Origin: Thermodesulfovibrionales bacterium
GTDB taxonomy: Bacteria; Nitrospirota; Thermodesulfovibrionia; Thermodesulfovibrionales; UBA9159
Assembly: GCA_035524455.1 (NCBI GenBank)
Contig: DATKOU010000107.1
Span: 1-44,555, forward strand
Length of the DNA: 44,555 nt
Direction of reading: 5' to 3'
Of the stretch, positions 19,079-29,686 are shown in pieces. The translations under genes were made by a program, and so were the position numbers. The notes beneath the pieces are model-generated. The model searched no databases and was not told the origin of the DNA. It worked only from the letters and a program-made list of their open reading frames with translations. Positions within the stretch are counted from its first letter, which is position 1. Each line of letters starts with the position of its first letter.

Positions 19079-19897
19079 CTACTTCACTAATGCATCAATC
19101 GCTTTAAGAGTGGCGAGCATCCTCGGGAGATCATCCAGCTTCATCATATTCGGACCATCGCACAATGCCCTCTCAGGCTCAGGGTGAACTTCCATGAACA
19201 AGCCATCAACACCGATGGCAACTGCGGCCCTTGCAAGAGGCTCTGCAAATTCTCCCTGGCCCCCTGAGCTGCTCCCCTGGCCCCCTGGAAGCTGGAGGCT
19301 ATGGGTTACATCAAATATCACGGGATACCCGTAGGAACGCATGATGGGCAATCCCCTGAAGTCCACCACGAGATTATTATATCCAAAGGTTGTACCTCTT
19401 TCACTTATTAAGAGATTATGGTTGCCGGTAGAGGTGAATTTTTCTATGATATTTCTTACATCCCAAGGGGCGAGAAACTGACCTTTCTTAATGTTCACAG
19501 GTTTCCCTGTCTCTGAAGCGGCAAGGATCAAATCTGTCTGCCTGCAAAGAAACGCAGGTATCTGCAAAGCATCAAGCACTTCTGAGGCAGACTTTATCTC
19601 ATGTACTGAGTGGACGTCAGAGATTACTGGAATGTCAAGCTTGGCCTTCACGTTAGCGAGTATTCTTAGCCCCCTTTCCATTCCGGGGCCCCTAAAAGAT
19701 TCCAAGGATGTCCTGTTTGCCTTGTCGTAAGAACTCTTAAAGATGAGGTGAAGACTAGCTGCTGAACATATCTCTTTGAGTCTCTTTGCGGATTCGAAGG
19801 CTATTTCTTCGGACTCAATAACGCATGGACCAGCGATAATAAGGGGTGGGGCACCGCCTCCCACAACCGCACCGGCAATAGTGATTTTTCGTACCAC
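19079..19897 (-). CDS. kdsA: 3-deoxy-8-phosphooctulonate (Kdo8P) synthase
   Basis: Typical KdsA length and motifs (FKSSYDKANR, VISDVH, DVTHSLQ). Confidence 0.95.
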   Translation of the reverse strand: MVRKITIAGAVVGGGAPPLIIAGPCVIESEEIAFESAKRLKEICSAASLHLIFKSSYDKANRTSLESFRGPGMERGLRILANVKAKLDIPVISDVHSVHEIKSASEVLDALQIPAFLCRQTDLILAASETGKPVNIKKGQFLAPWDVRNIIEKFTSTGNHNLLISERGTTFGYNNLVVDFRGLPIMRSYGYPVIFDVTHSLQLPGGQGSSSGGQGEFAEPLARAAVAIGVDGLFMEVHPEPERALCDGPNMMKLDDLPRMLATLKAIDALVK

Positions 19898-19900
19898 TTC

Positions 19901-21559
19901 TCAGCCTCTCTCCTCCGCAACATAGGGGAATAGAGACCTTTTCTCTTTCAGTGCTGCTCCTATGAATGCCTTAAAAAGAGGGTGGGGTTCTGTGGGTCTT
20001 GATTTAAATTCAGGGTGGAACTGGCACCCTAAAAACCATGGGTGGTCTTCTATCTCCACGATCTCTACAAGCTCTCCGTCAGGGCTTGTACCGCTTATCT
20101 TCATACCGTTCCGCGTACAGATACCTTTATATGCATTATTGAACTCATACCGGTGTCTGTGGCGCTCTGAAATTTCCTTCACCTCGTACGCCCTGTACGC
20201 ATGGGTGTTCTGCTCAAGGACGCAGGGGTATGCCCCGAGCCTCATCGTCCCCCCTTTTTCACATCCCTCGGACCTTTCTTCAATCTTCCCCCTCCTGAAG
20301 TCATACCACCGTTCCATAAGGTATATCACAGGGTCTTTGATCTTCATGTTGAACTCGGTGCTATTGGCGTCGAGACCACATACATTCCTCGCAAATTCAA
20401 TAACCGCACACTGCATCCCGAGACAAATACCGAAGTAGGGTATCCTCTTTTCCCTCGCGTACTTCACCGCCTCAATTTTCCCTTCTATCCCCCGATACCC
20501 AAACCCCCCGGGGACCAGTATGCCGTCTACCTCGGACAAAAACTTGTCCGGTCCGTGAACCTCTATCTCCTCTGAATCCACCCACAGAAGGTCAACCTTC
20601 GCATCATTGGCTATCCCTCCGTGAACGAGGGCCTCCATGAGACTCTTATAGGAATCCTTAAGACCCACGTACTTTCCCACTATGGCGATGCTCACCTCAT
20701 TCCTAGGCTCCTTGAGCTTCCTCACAATGTCCTTCCACAATTCGAGGTTTCTCTCCCGGGAAGGCAACTTCAGCTTGCTGATGATCTGCTGGTCCAGTCC
20801 CTCTTCGCTGAGGGCAAGGGGCACTTCGTAAATGGTCTCCACGTCCAAGGCATTGATTACCGTGTCACCATCAAGATTACAGTGGATTGCGATCTTCTTC
20901 TTTGCCTCCGGAGGTATGGGTCTATCGGTTCTGCAAAGCAGGATGTCCGGCTGAATTCCGATGGCTCGCAGCTCCCTTACACTGTGCTGGGTTGGCTTTG
21001 TCTTGAGCTCACCAGCGGCCTTTATGTAGGGCACAAGGGTAAGATGGACGTACATTACGTTTTCCCTGCCCACATCGTAGCGCATCTGCCGTATCGCCTC
21101 GAGAAAGGGGAGACTTTCGATATCGCCGATGGTACCTCCGATCTCCACGATCACCACATCATTGCTGCCACTCACCGACTTGATGGCCTGCTTGATCTCG
21201 TCTGTGAGATGGGGTACGACCTGTACAGTGTCTCCGAGGTAATCTCCTTTCCTTTCCTTCGTAATGACATTGTAATAGATTTTTCCGGTAGTGTAATTGT
21301 TTGCCTGGGACGTTCTCATACGAGTAAATCTCTCATAATGGCCAAGATCAAGGTCTGTCTCGGCGCCATCATCGGTCACAAAGACCTCTCCGTGCTGAAA
21401 GGGACTCAATGTGCCGGGGTCAACATTTATGTAAGGATCCAATTTCTGGATTGTCACCTTGAGCCCCCTCGCTTCAAGAAGGGCGCCGATTGCCGCTGCT
21501 GCAATTCCCTTTCCCAAGGATGACACCACGCCACCCGTTATGAAGATAAACTTAGCCAT
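19901..21559 (-). CDS. pyrG: CTP synthase
   Basis: N-terminal [17 protein letters not shown] and a glutamine amidotransferase domain GICLGMQ...HRHRYE. Confidence 0.97.
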   Translation of the reverse strand: MAKFIFITGGVVSSLGKGIAAAAIGALLEARGLKVTIQKLDPYINVDPGTLSPFQHGEVFVTDDGAETDLDLGHYERFTRMRTSQANNYTTGKIYYNVITKERKGDYLGDTVQVVPHLTDEIKQAIKSVSGSNDVVIVEIGGTIGDIESLPFLEAIRQMRYDVGRENVMYVHLTLVPYIKAAGELKTKPTQHSVRELRAIGIQPDILLCRTDRPIPPEAKKKIAIHCNLDGDTVINALDVETIYEVPLALSEEGLDQQIISKLKLPSRERNLELWKDIVRKLKEPRNEVSIAIVGKYVGLKDSYKSLMEALVHGGIANDAKVDLLWVDSEEIEVHGPDKFLSEVDGILVPGGFGYRGIEGKIEAVKYAREKRIPYFGICLGMQCAVIEFARNVCGLDANSTEFNMKIKDPVIYLMERWYDFRRGKIEERSEGCEKGGTMRLGAYPCVLEQNTHAYRAYEVKEISERHRHRYEFNNAYKGICTRNGMKISGTSPDGELVEIVEIEDHPWFLGCQFHPEFKSRPTEPHPLFKAFIGAALKEKRSLFPYVAEERG

Positions 21560-22296
21560 CTCTCCACCCTTTCCAGGTCCAAGGGAGTATCAATCCCCAT
21601 GGTTTCCCATGATGTTCCTTTCACTTTGATCTTAAGCCCATTTTCGAGGGCACGAAGCTGCTCAAGCTTTTCTATCTCCTCGAGAACCGAAGGCTTCATG
21701 CCGGTAAGTCTTAAAAGGATATCCCGCCGATAGCTGTAAATACCGATGTGCTTGTAAACTTTAAAAGGTGAACCCTGCATGCCGGAAGCGCTCAGGTCTT
21801 TCCATGCATCCCTGTGATAGGGGATGGGTGCCCTCGAAAAATAGAGGGCAAAACCGTCACGGTCGAACACAGCCTTCACCACATTGGAATCCACAACTTC
21901 CTCCGGCCTCTCTATTTCCTTTACCAGTGTGCCGATATCAGCCCTGGAATCGGAAAGGAGACCTATTGCATCATCAATCATTTCAGACCTTATGAGAGGC
22001 TCATCGCCCTGGACATTCACAATTATATCACAGCTTAATGAGCGGGCAATCTCCGCAACCCTGTCCGTCCCTGACACATGCCCCGCAGAGGTCATCACCA
22101 CCCTTCCCCCAAAGGAGAGAACCTTCTCGAATACGGTCTCACTGTCAGTGGCTACAATAACCTCCTCGGCAGTCGCTGCACCCTTCGAGTTCTCGTACAC
22201 GTGCTGGATAACAGGAATTCCCTTGAGGAGGGCAAGGGGCTTTCCCGGAAAGCGGGTTGATTCATAACGGGCAGGTATCACAATAACCGCAGACAT
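21538..22296 (-). CDS. kdsB: 3-deoxy-manno-octulosonate cytidylyltransferase (CMP-Kdo synthetase)
   Basis: [26 protein letters not shown]. Confidence 0.93.
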   Translation of the reverse strand: MSAVIVIPARYESTRFPGKPLALLKGIPVIQHVYENSKGAATAEEVIVATDSETVFEKVLSFGGRVVMTSAGHVSGTDRVAEIARSLSCDIIVNVQGDEPLIRSEMIDDAIGLLSDSRADIGTLVKEIERPEEVVDSNVVKAVFDRDGFALYFSRAPIPYHRDAWKDLSASGMQGSPFKVYKHIGIYSYRRDILLRLTGMKPSVLEEIEKLEQLRALENGLKIKVKGTSWETMGIDTPLDLERVERWLSLSS

Positions 22297-22581
22297 GACT
22301 TAGAACTAATTATATATGATAATTGACAAATTTTGAATCCCTATTTACCTTTTCTCACTCAATCTGACATAATAAGCCCTAATTTGTCCCTTGGGAGAGG
22401 AGGGATTGATGGCAACTGTTCTCAGGCTTCCAGGCTCATCCTGGAGGCGAAGACCGAACGCTCATTCTCTGCCATTCATTCCTTCTTTGATTCTCGTGCA
22501 GTGTTAAGGAACGTGATCGACATGAGAGCAAATCCGGTCTGATGGTGAGACTCCGAAGGAATCCTTATCAAGGTACCTTAT

Positions 22582-23277
22582 TTGGATTTTGAAAGTTTAA
22601 TAAGCCGTCTCCTCCTGGCAGCCTTGCCGATTCTCGTGGCAATAACCTTTCATGAGGCTGCTCATGGGTTTGTCGCGAATAAATTCGGTGATCCAACGGC
22701 AAAGATGATGGGCAGACTCACCCTTAATCCCCTGGCTCATATCGATCCCTTCGGCACCATTATTATCCCCGTAATGCTTTTCATTCTCTCGAAAGGGACT
22801 TTCATGTTCGGTTCTGCGAAACCTGTTCCTGTCAACTTCAACAATCTGGGGCATCCAAGAAGGGATTCTGCCCTTGTGTCTGCGGCCGGTCCGGCCACCA
22901 ACGTGATCATTGCCTTTCTGAGTGTATTGTTGCTCATACTAAGTTATAAATTGTTCCCCCAAACCGCACCTCAGGAATTATTGAGCGAAAGGGTAATCGG
23001 TCCTGTCCAGGCGATGCTCCAATACAGCATAGTTTTCAATATATTTATCGCAGCCTTCAACCTCATTCCCATTCCTCCTCTCGACGGAGGGAGAATCGCG
23101 GTAAGCCTTCTTCCGCTCAGGCACGCGTATCAGTTCAGCAGACTTGAGCCCTATGGAATTTTCATTGTAATTATCCTCTGGGTGACGGGTATCGCACAGA
23201 TCATTATCAGACCCCTGCAACTGCTCATTGAGTTCATCCTCCAGGTGTTCCTTATCCCATTCGGCGGGTTCATGTGA
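22582..23277 (+). CDS. Site-2 protease family (M50) membrane metalloprotease
   Basis: HEAAHG (HExxH) in the first TM region, LNPLAHIDP, and a second motif NLIPIPPLDGGR. TTG start. Confidence 0.8.
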   Translation: MDFESLISRLLLAALPILVAITFHEAAHGFVANKFGDPTAKMMGRLTLNPLAHIDPFGTIIIPVMLFILSKGTFMFGSAKPVPVNFNNLGHPRRDSALVSAAGPATNVIIAFLSVLLLILSYKLFPQTAPQELLSERVIGPVQAMLQYSIVFNIFIAAFNLIPIPPLDGGRIAVSLLPLRHAYQFSRLEPYGIFIVIILWVTGIAQIIIRPLQLLIEFILQVFLIPFGGFM

Positions 23278-24263
23278 AAGATCGGGTCTTAAGCGGAATG
23301 CAGGCCAGCGGGAAGCTCCATCTCGGAAATCTCGTGGGGGCTCTCCAAAACTGGGTCAGGCTCCAAAACGAGTATGACTGCTACTATTTTATTGCCGACT
23401 GGCACGCCCTTACAACGGGGTATGCCAACCCCCAAGCGATAAGGGAGTCTACGCATGATATCATTCTGAATTTCCTTGCGGCCGGTCTCGACCCCGAAAA
23501 GTGCACCATCTTCATCCAATCCAGAATCCCTGAACACGCGGAACTTCATCTTCTCCTCTCCATGATCACGCCCCTTGGATGGCTCGAACGCGTTCCCACC
23601 TATAAGGAGAAGATTCAGGAGCTCAAGGATCGGGATCTGTCCACCTACGGTTTTCTCGGGTATCCCCTGTTGCAGACAGCGGATATTATTATTTACCGGG
23701 CCAGATATGTCCCGGTGGGGGTCGACCAGGTCCCCCATCTCGAAATCTCCAGGGAAATCGCGAGAAGGTTCAATTACCTTTACAAGGAGGTCTTCCCTGA
23801 GCCTGAGGCGCTTTTGACAGAGTTTCCAAAAGTCCCGGGTGTCGATGGAAGGAAGATGAGCAAGAGCTATGACAATGCGGTGTATCTTTCTGATCCTCCC
23901 GATGTCGTGGAACAGAAACTAAGGACAATGATCACGGATCCCGCGCGCAAAAGGAGGACGGACAAGGGAGATCCTGAACTCTCCCCTGTGTATCACCTCC
24001 ATCAAATATTTTCTTCAAAGGAGGAACAGGAACACGTTGCCCACGGATGCCGGACCGCAGGCATAGGCTGTATCGACTGCAAGAAGATTCTCATAAAAAA
24101 TGTGTTTGCGGTTATGGAGCCCATTTGGGAAAGACGCAACAAACTCCTCCACAATCCGGAAATCGTCTATGAGATCCTGAGAAAAGGGACTGAAAAGGCA
24201 AGTAGGGTTGTTCAGGAAACCATGGAGCTTGTGAGAGAAGCCATGGGACTGGGAAAGTGGTAG
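23274..24263 (+). CDS. trpS: Tryptophan--tRNA ligase
   Basis: Class I motifs GKLHLGN (HIGH-like) and KMSKS. GTG start overlapping the upstream stop. Confidence 0.95.
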   Translation: MKDRVLSGMQASGKLHLGNLVGALQNWVRLQNEYDCYYFIADWHALTTGYANPQAIRESTHDIILNFLAAGLDPEKCTIFIQSRIPEHAELHLLLSMITPLGWLERVPTYKEKIQELKDRDLSTYGFLGYPLLQTADIIIYRARYVPVGVDQVPHLEISREIARRFNYLYKEVFPEPEALLTEFPKVPGVDGRKMSKSYDNAVYLSDPPDVVEQKLRTMITDPARKRRTDKGDPELSPVYHLHQIFSSKEEQEHVAHGCRTAGIGCIDCKKILIKNVFAVMEPIWERRNKLLHNPEIVYEILRKGTEKASRVVQETMELVREAMGLGKW

Positions 24264-24424
24264 CCACGCAGGAGAATCCGTCAAGGCAGATTGCGCACTG
24301 GCTGGTTTGTCCCTAAAAAAAATTTTTCACTGGGAAGTCCTCATACGCCATGCGTAGATTTTTTCATGGGGTAATTCGTATAATTTATCCATAACGTAAT
24401 TCTTATGTAGTACGGACGAAATGA

Positions 24425-24458
24425 GGAAAATGGAGTCTTAGCGTATTCTCCATTTTCC
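24425..24458 (+). promoter_or_regulatory. Perfect 11-bp inverted repeat (stem-loop or operator) in the pckG leader
   Basis: GGAAAATGGAG, a 12-nt loop, then CTCCATTTTCC. It ends 62 nt before the pckG ATG and no U-tract follows. Confidence 0.35.
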
Positions 24459-24520
24459 CGGATTTAACTTCGTGAGTTTGCCACCTTGAAGCAAATAACT
24501 CTTGTAAGGGAGAAGGGTAC

Positions 24521-26308
24521 ATGGATACCACGGTAGGGAACAAGAAACTCAACAGCTGGATCACTGAAGCAGCGGCAATGTGTCAGCCTGACGCAATCTA
24601 CGTGTGCAACGGATCCACAGAAGAATACACCCTCATGATGGAAAAATTGATAGCCAGCGGCAGTGCCACCCCCCTTAAGAAACGTCCCAAAAGCTATCTT
24701 TTTCGGTCTGACCCGAGCGATGTGGCGCGCGTGGAGGACCGCACCTTTATCTCCACTTCATTACAGGATGAGGCAGGGCCTACGAACAACTGGATCGATC
24801 CGGTGGTGCTCAGGGAGACTATGAAGGGGCTCTACAAGGGTTGCATGAAGGGACGTACCATGTACGTGATTCCTTTTTCCATGGGTCCCATAGGTTCTCC
24901 TATCTCAAAAATAGGCGTCGAGATCACTGACAGCCCCTATGTGGTCGTCAATATGCATATGATGACCCGTGTCAGTTCAAGGGTTTTGGAACTTATGGGC
25001 ACTGACGGAGACTTCATCCCCTGTCTCCATTCAGTCGGTGCGCCTTTGGAGAAAGGCCAGAAAGATGTGCAATGGCCTTGCGCGCCCATTGAGAAAAAGT
25101 ACATAAGCCATTTCCCCGAGGAGAATCTGATCTGGTCCTATGGATCCGGATATGGCGGCAATGCGCTCCTCGGCAAGAAGTGTTTGGCCCTTCGTATTGC
25201 CTCTGCCATGGCAAGGAGAGAAGGCTGGATGGCAGAGCATATGCTCATCCTGCGCCTCACGAATCCCGGAGGAAAGCAGTATCATATCGCAGCAGCCTTT
25301 CCGTCAGCGTGCGGGAAGACCAACCTTGCCATGATGCGGCCGTCTCTCAAAGGCTGGAAATGTGAATGCATCGGCGACGACATTGCATGGATGAAGATCG
25401 GGACAGACGGACGCCTGCACGCCATCAATCCTGAAAGCGGATTCTTCGGCGTCGCCCCCGGAACGTCTTATGACACAAATCCCGTGGCAATGGATACGGT
25501 CAGGGAAAACGTTATCTTTACGAACTGCGCCCTCACTGATGACGGAGACATCTGGTGGGAGGGGATGAGTGACGAGTTGCCTTCGCACCTGATCGACTGG
25601 AAGGGCCGGGACTGGACCCCTGCGAGCAAAACAGACGCGGCCCATCCCAATGCACGCTTCACCGCACCTGCTTCCCAATGCCCTGTTATCTGCAAGGATT
25701 GGGAGAACCCCGAAGGTGTCCCCATTGATATCTTCATTTTCGGTGGTCGGCGCGGCAGCGTTGTGCCACTGGTCCACGAGGCTTTCTCTTGGGAACACGG
25801 GGTCTTTCTCGGCGCCATCGCGGCCTCTGAAACTACTTCTGCCATCATTGGCGCTGTGGGCAACCTGAGAAGGGACCCCTTTGCCATGAAACCATTCTGC
25901 GGATATCACATGGGCGACTATTTCCAGCACTGGCTCACCATGGGCGAAAAGCTCGGCAGCAAGGCCCCGAGGATCTTTTATGTGAACTGGTTCAGAAAGA
26001 ATGAGGACGGGAAGTTCCTCTGGCCCGGCTTCAGCGACAACAGCAGGGTATTGAAATGGATGTGTGAGCGCGTTGACGGAAAAGTGGGAGCCAAGACTTC
26101 CGCCATCGGTTTGCTGCCCCAGGAAGGAGACCTTGACCTCTCAGGTCTTACCATATCCCCCGAGAATATGAAAGAGCTGATGAGTGTCAACACTTCTGAG
26201 TGGAAAAATGAGATACCGGACGTGGAGGCGCATTTCGCATCCTTAGGCGGCCGTGTTCCGGAAAGGCTGAAGACCCACCTCAAGGGTCTCAAGGAGCGTC
26301 TTGGATAA
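24521..26308 (+). CDS. pckG: Phosphoenolpyruvate carboxykinase (GTP)
   Basis: GTP-PEPCK length and the kinase-1a P-loop FPSACGKTN, plus the GDDIAWM and WEGM motifs. Confidence 0.95.
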   Translation: MDTTVGNKKLNSWITEAAAMCQPDAIYVCNGSTEEYTLMMEKLIASGSATPLKKRPKSYLFRSDPSDVARVEDRTFISTSLQDEAGPTNNWIDPVVLRETMKGLYKGCMKGRTMYVIPFSMGPIGSPISKIGVEITDSPYVVVNMHMMTRVSSRVLELMGTDGDFIPCLHSVGAPLEKGQKDVQWPCAPIEKKYISHFPEENLIWSYGSGYGGNALLGKKCLALRIASAMARREGWMAEHMLILRLTNPGGKQYHIAAAFPSACGKTNLAMMRPSLKGWKCECIGDDIAWMKIGTDGRLHAINPESGFFGVAPGTSYDTNPVAMDTVRENVIFTNCALTDDGDIWWEGMSDELPSHLIDWKGRDWTPASKTDAAHPNARFTAPASQCPVICKDWENPEGVPIDIFIFGGRRGSVVPLVHEAFSWEHGVFLGAIAASETTSAIIGAVGNLRRDPFAMKPFCGYHMGDYFQHWLTMGEKLGSKAPRIFYVNWFRKNEDGKFLWPGFSDNSRVLKWMCERVDGKVGAKTSAIGLLPQEGDLDLSGLTISPENMKELMSVNTSEWKNEIPDVEAHFASLGGRVPERLKTHLKGLKERLG

Positions 26309-26346
26309 ACCCGCACTGATCGGATTGTCTCTACAGCTTTAACCGC

Positions 26347-28062
26347 GTGGAAACGACCACATCGAAAAAAACACTGGTCAATGTATTGGGCGTCGTGTAT
26401 GTCCATACAAAGACCAGTGACGGTGGAGATCTTTATCTCACGCGCCATGCCGAACCCTTCCATGAGCATTTTCAAATAGAGAACTGGTACGAAAGAGACT
26501 GGTTCAATGCCAATAAGATACGCCTTATCGGTACCAGTTCGGTCTATAAAGTACCCACAAAAGAGGTTGCTGGCAAGAGCCTTGAGCTGGTCGTAAAGAA
26601 CTGCCGTGTGGGCGAAGATGTGCCTATCGATACCCATACCCTGCAGGAATTTTGCGATGCCGAGTTCAACAGCCCCTGGGAGGAGTTCTCCCTGGTTACG
26701 GAACTGTTGGATAACCTCTACGGGCCAAGGGAAACGAAGATGAATACCCAGCTGCCCATGGCAATCTATGTGCCCCCTGAGAAGATGCAGGCCTGGCAGA
26801 GCGGGAGGTCACGGTCGAGGATCAACCGTATCAGGGCCAAGCACCCGGGCATTGATATTGATATCCTGAAACAATATAAGCTCATCTATGAATGGATAAA
26901 AGGTCATAATCTCATGGAAGTGTTTGCACACATAGATATCAACCATGATGAACTGGTCACTCACCTTAAGAAAATTAATTATAAGGCCCTTGCGGATATG
27001 CAGAGGAAGGGTTACCTGATGGCTGACATGAAACCTGAACATATTATCATCAGCGAAGCTGACACTGAGCACATCGTAGCAATAGGCATGACTCAGGAGA
27101 GAAACGCCGCTGATAAGCAGGTCGATATAGTGTATCAGTGCATTCACGAGGGAAGCTACTCAATCATTGATTACGAATTGCTGCTCCGCACCCCTGAACA
27201 TGATGAAGCAGTAAAGTCTTCCAGGAGACATTCCTATCTGGATGACCAGCGCCACCGCTTTGACCCGACTCCTCTCCCTGCCCACCTGTCCCACATGGAA
27301 ATCTTTGGAGTGCCCTACCTGTACGGACATGCGGAGAGCACCGGCGGCAGCCTCTGGGTGGTGGGAAGAAACGCACATCTGTTCGATTATTTTCTCCCTG
27401 AACGTTGGAGAAAGACCCCGGCCCTCAGATTATCCCACACCAAAGAAGTCTTCTATACGATCACAAAGGACAACATTCACCTCGTATGGGAGACATCACG
27501 GGTTGGTGAAATGCCCATGGGAGATGAAGAGGGGTCCCGGGATCCCAAGGTTCGTCACTACGGCATCAATAGTCCCTTTGAGGAATTTGCCATCGCCCAT
27601 ACCCTTACCCAACTCGGTATTCCCACTGTCTATGCAAGGGCAATCTACATGACCGGAACCACAAAGGTGGAGGCATCCACTGATCTCAGGAAGTACGAAT
27701 CCCACAGGGATATCCTTGATCCAGAAGGCAACCCCGTGCTTCAGGAGAACCACAACTATATCACCATTCGTGGTTATTACAACGGGCCTGATCAGTGGGT
27801 TGCAGAGCATGAAGAGGCGCTCTACACCCCGGTCGATCTCTCAAAGGCCGTTTACATCAACATCATCAGTGAGGAACAATGCCAGGACTTTCTCGATGCG
27901 GTAAAAAGAAAATTAAAGCTGCACGGTTTTGACGGAACATCATTGAAAGTGAACGATCTCCTTCTGGCAATTGATGATAAGCAGCAGATCATGGAAAATA
28001 GTTCAGGCGATCCGGTGGTGATTATCTGTAATTTCGAACTCATATGGAAAATGTCTGAGTAG
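26347..28062 (+). CDS. Uncharacterized protein with two tandem Kdo/WaaP (lipopolysaccharide-kinase/RIO-like) kinase-fold domains
   Basis: Internal duplication: EFNSPWEEFSLVTELL vs GINSPFEEFAIAHTLTQLGIPT; ADMKPEHIIIS vs TSLKVNDLLLA; SIIDYELL vs VIICNFELI. The first copy keeps a catalytic-loop-like D-x-K-P-E-H and a D-Y-E. The start codon is uncertain: GTG at 26347 has no obvious SD, and in-frame TTG and GTG codons lie just downstream. Confidence 0.5.
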   Translation: METTTSKKTLVNVLGVVYVHTKTSDGGDLYLTRHAEPFHEHFQIENWYERDWFNANKIRLIGTSSVYKVPTKEVAGKSLELVVKNCRVGEDVPIDTHTLQEFCDAEFNSPWEEFSLVTELLDNLYGPRETKMNTQLPMAIYVPPEKMQAWQSGRSRSRINRIRAKHPGIDIDILKQYKLIYEWIKGHNLMEVFAHIDINHDELVTHLKKINYKALADMQRKGYLMADMKPEHIIISEADTEHIVAIGMTQERNAADKQVDIVYQCIHEGSYSIIDYELLLRTPEHDEAVKSSRRHSYLDDQRHRFDPTPLPAHLSHMEIFGVPYLYGHAESTGGSLWVVGRNAHLFDYFLPERWRKTPALRLSHTKEVFYTITKDNIHLVWETSRVGEMPMGDEEGSRDPKVRHYGINSPFEEFAIAHTLTQLGIPTVYARAIYMTGTTKVEASTDLRKYESHRDILDPEGNPVLQENHNYITIRGYYNGPDQWVAEHEEALYTPVDLSKAVYINIISEEQCQDFLDAVKRKLKLHGFDGTSLKVNDLLLAIDDKQQIMENSSGDPVVIICNFELIWKMSE

Positions 28063-28206
28063 CATTGAGTCAGTACAATTGACCCATATCCATACCCCTG
28101 AGTATTCATAAAACTAACCCATTAAGGGGCCCTCCCAGTTTAAGGCAAGACACTCTGCCAAAAACAGGGTGGACCCCAAAATCTAAAGAGTGTATGACTA
28201 ATCAAA

Positions 28207-29655
28207 CTAAAACCTCATCCTCACCCTGTAAGTAAGCTTTGCTTCCTTGTCCTTCTCTACAGGAACGTTAAATTCTGCGGTAGAAGCCTCTGTTTTCTTA
28301 TGCTCATGCGATGAACTGAGCATCACCCAGTCTCCAGGGATCGGCTCGATCACTTTCACGACAACGTTCTCTTTCTTGTGGTTCCTGAGCGATATCTCAA
28401 AGCCAGCTTCGTACGTATCTGAAGCGATCTTCTTCCAATCTGTCTGTTTTCTTGCGCCCACAACGTCAAACGCATCGCCGAGTTTTATCCTGATCTTTTC
28501 ATCCTTCGGTGTATGGTCGATGGAGTCCTCACCGACGAACTGGAGGCTTCCTTCATTGTCCTTCTTGTATACTCTCACCGTACCTTTGGGCAAAGGAATT
28601 CCGAGGTTATGGTCCTTCGTGTTCGCTATCTCTGCGAAAACGCCGACCTTCTGGTTCGAGATCTTTTCCCCGTAACTTGACCGGTAGTAGTACTGGGCGC
28701 CGTAGTAAACGAGTTCTTTCTTCACCCCAATATTATCAGCGTTCACAAGGCTGATCTGTTTGGTCTGGTTGTCTTTGATTGTTGCCAGTCTCTGTAAAGT
28801 GTAGATGTGGTATTCGAAGAACTCCTCTTCCTTGAACTGAGGCGCAGGTTTTGCCGCCGCCTCCGCAGCCCTCATCATTCCCTTCTTGTACTCCATCTCA
28901 TCCTTCGCCCTGTTTACATCGCCAGCAACAAGCTTGATCTTTGCGTCCTTGTAAGTTGTGCCGCTTCTGTTGTCAATGGTGACCCATCCGGAAAGGTCCG
29001 CCCTGTCATCCTTGTCATTCAATGTCACCACATAGTCGGACCTCCAGTTAATGCCGTTTGTGAGGTATGAAGCCTCAACCTTTTGGAGCGAAGCAAGGCT
29101 GTTCTCGATGAGCCAGACCAGTGTCGGTTTTGAAATAAGACTCTCGGGGACCCCCGGAAATATTATCCTCCCGGGATGGCCGAAGGTGATCTCATCGCCG
29201 ATCCTGAATATCGGTCCTCCATTGTTCGAAAGTAGGGTAGCGGTCACGATCTCTTCTCTTTCGGTATATGGGTTTTTGTAATAGAGCTTCACTTCCTTGC
29301 CTACGTACTTGTCCATGAGCTTCTGGGGATTCAGTAAATCATATTCATAATTCTGCTCAAGGATCTGCAGGCTGTCGGCATTCACAAGGGATTTGATATG
29401 GACACTCGTGGGAATTATCTGCGACGCCACATCCATAAACTTCAGCTCGCCCATTCCTTTCGAAAGCTTCAGGCTTCTTTGGTCCTTCACAAGGCCGAGA
29501 TTCACATTATAGATCGTGACGGCAACGCCTGTCTGATCTTCGAGCCCTGTCGAAAAAGCAGCTGGTCTACTGTCCTTTTCCGGAGCAGCCACAGAAACAA
29601 GACCGAAGCATAAGTACAGAACTGCGAGTACTGCGGAAAAATACTTTGCTTTCAT
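28207..29655 (-). CDS. DUF4139-family secreted protein (MuiA-like)
   Basis: Signal peptide. N-terminal VTIYNVNLGLVKDQRSLKL.KG...L.F.DV...I.PTSVHI pattern typical of DUF4140/DUF4139 proteins. Beta-rich. AAGGAGGG SD. Confidence 0.65.
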   Translation of the reverse strand: MKAKYFSAVLAVLYLCFGLVSVAAPEKDSRPAAFSTGLEDQTGVAVTIYNVNLGLVKDQRSLKLSKGMGELKFMDVASQIIPTSVHIKSLVNADSLQILEQNYEYDLLNPQKLMDKYVGKEVKLYYKNPYTEREEIVTATLLSNNGGPIFRIGDEITFGHPGRIIFPGVPESLISKPTLVWLIENSLASLQKVEASYLTNGINWRSDYVVTLNDKDDRADLSGWVTIDNRSGTTYKDAKIKLVAGDVNRAKDEMEYKKGMMRAAEAAAKPAPQFKEEEFFEYHIYTLQRLATIKDNQTKQISLVNADNIGVKKELVYYGAQYYYRSSYGEKISNQKVGVFAEIANTKDHNLGIPLPKGTVRVYKKDNEGSLQFVGEDSIDHTPKDEKIRIKLGDAFDVVGARKQTDWKKIASDTYEAGFEISLRNHKKENVVVKVIEPIPGDWVMLSSSHEHKKTEASTAEFNVPVEKDKEAKLTYRVRMRF

Positions 29656-29686
29656 GGTAACCCTCCTTTGATGTTTTCTTGGTTAC

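Noticed and set aside
20621-21523. A 300-aa ORF on the plus strand, antisense to pyrG. Similar long antisense ORFs occur at 17717-18415 (kdsD), 25304-25930 and 25978-26637 (pckG and its 3' flank), 30148-30726 (pat), 10155-10772 (FadL-like OMP) and 40526-41212 (MCP).
   Set aside because: Each lies entirely within, or mostly over, a strongly supported gene on the other strand. Their composition is Ser/Pro/Arg/Leu-biased and low-complexity, which is typical of antisense frames. None has a convincing SD or a recognizable motif. I treat them as shadow ORFs.
22409-22507. A 32-aa sORF (MATVLRLPGSSWRRRPNAHSLPFIPSLILVQC) with a strong GGAGAGGAGGG SD, in the 285-nt divergent spacer between kdsB and the M50 peptidase gene. 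It is in a different frame from the 69-aa track ORF at 22333-22542.
   Set aside because: I cannot assess conservation and it has no recognizable features. The SD-like purine run could be coincidental or could belong to a leader structure. It is worth a tblastn search but is not supportable as a gene from this window alone.
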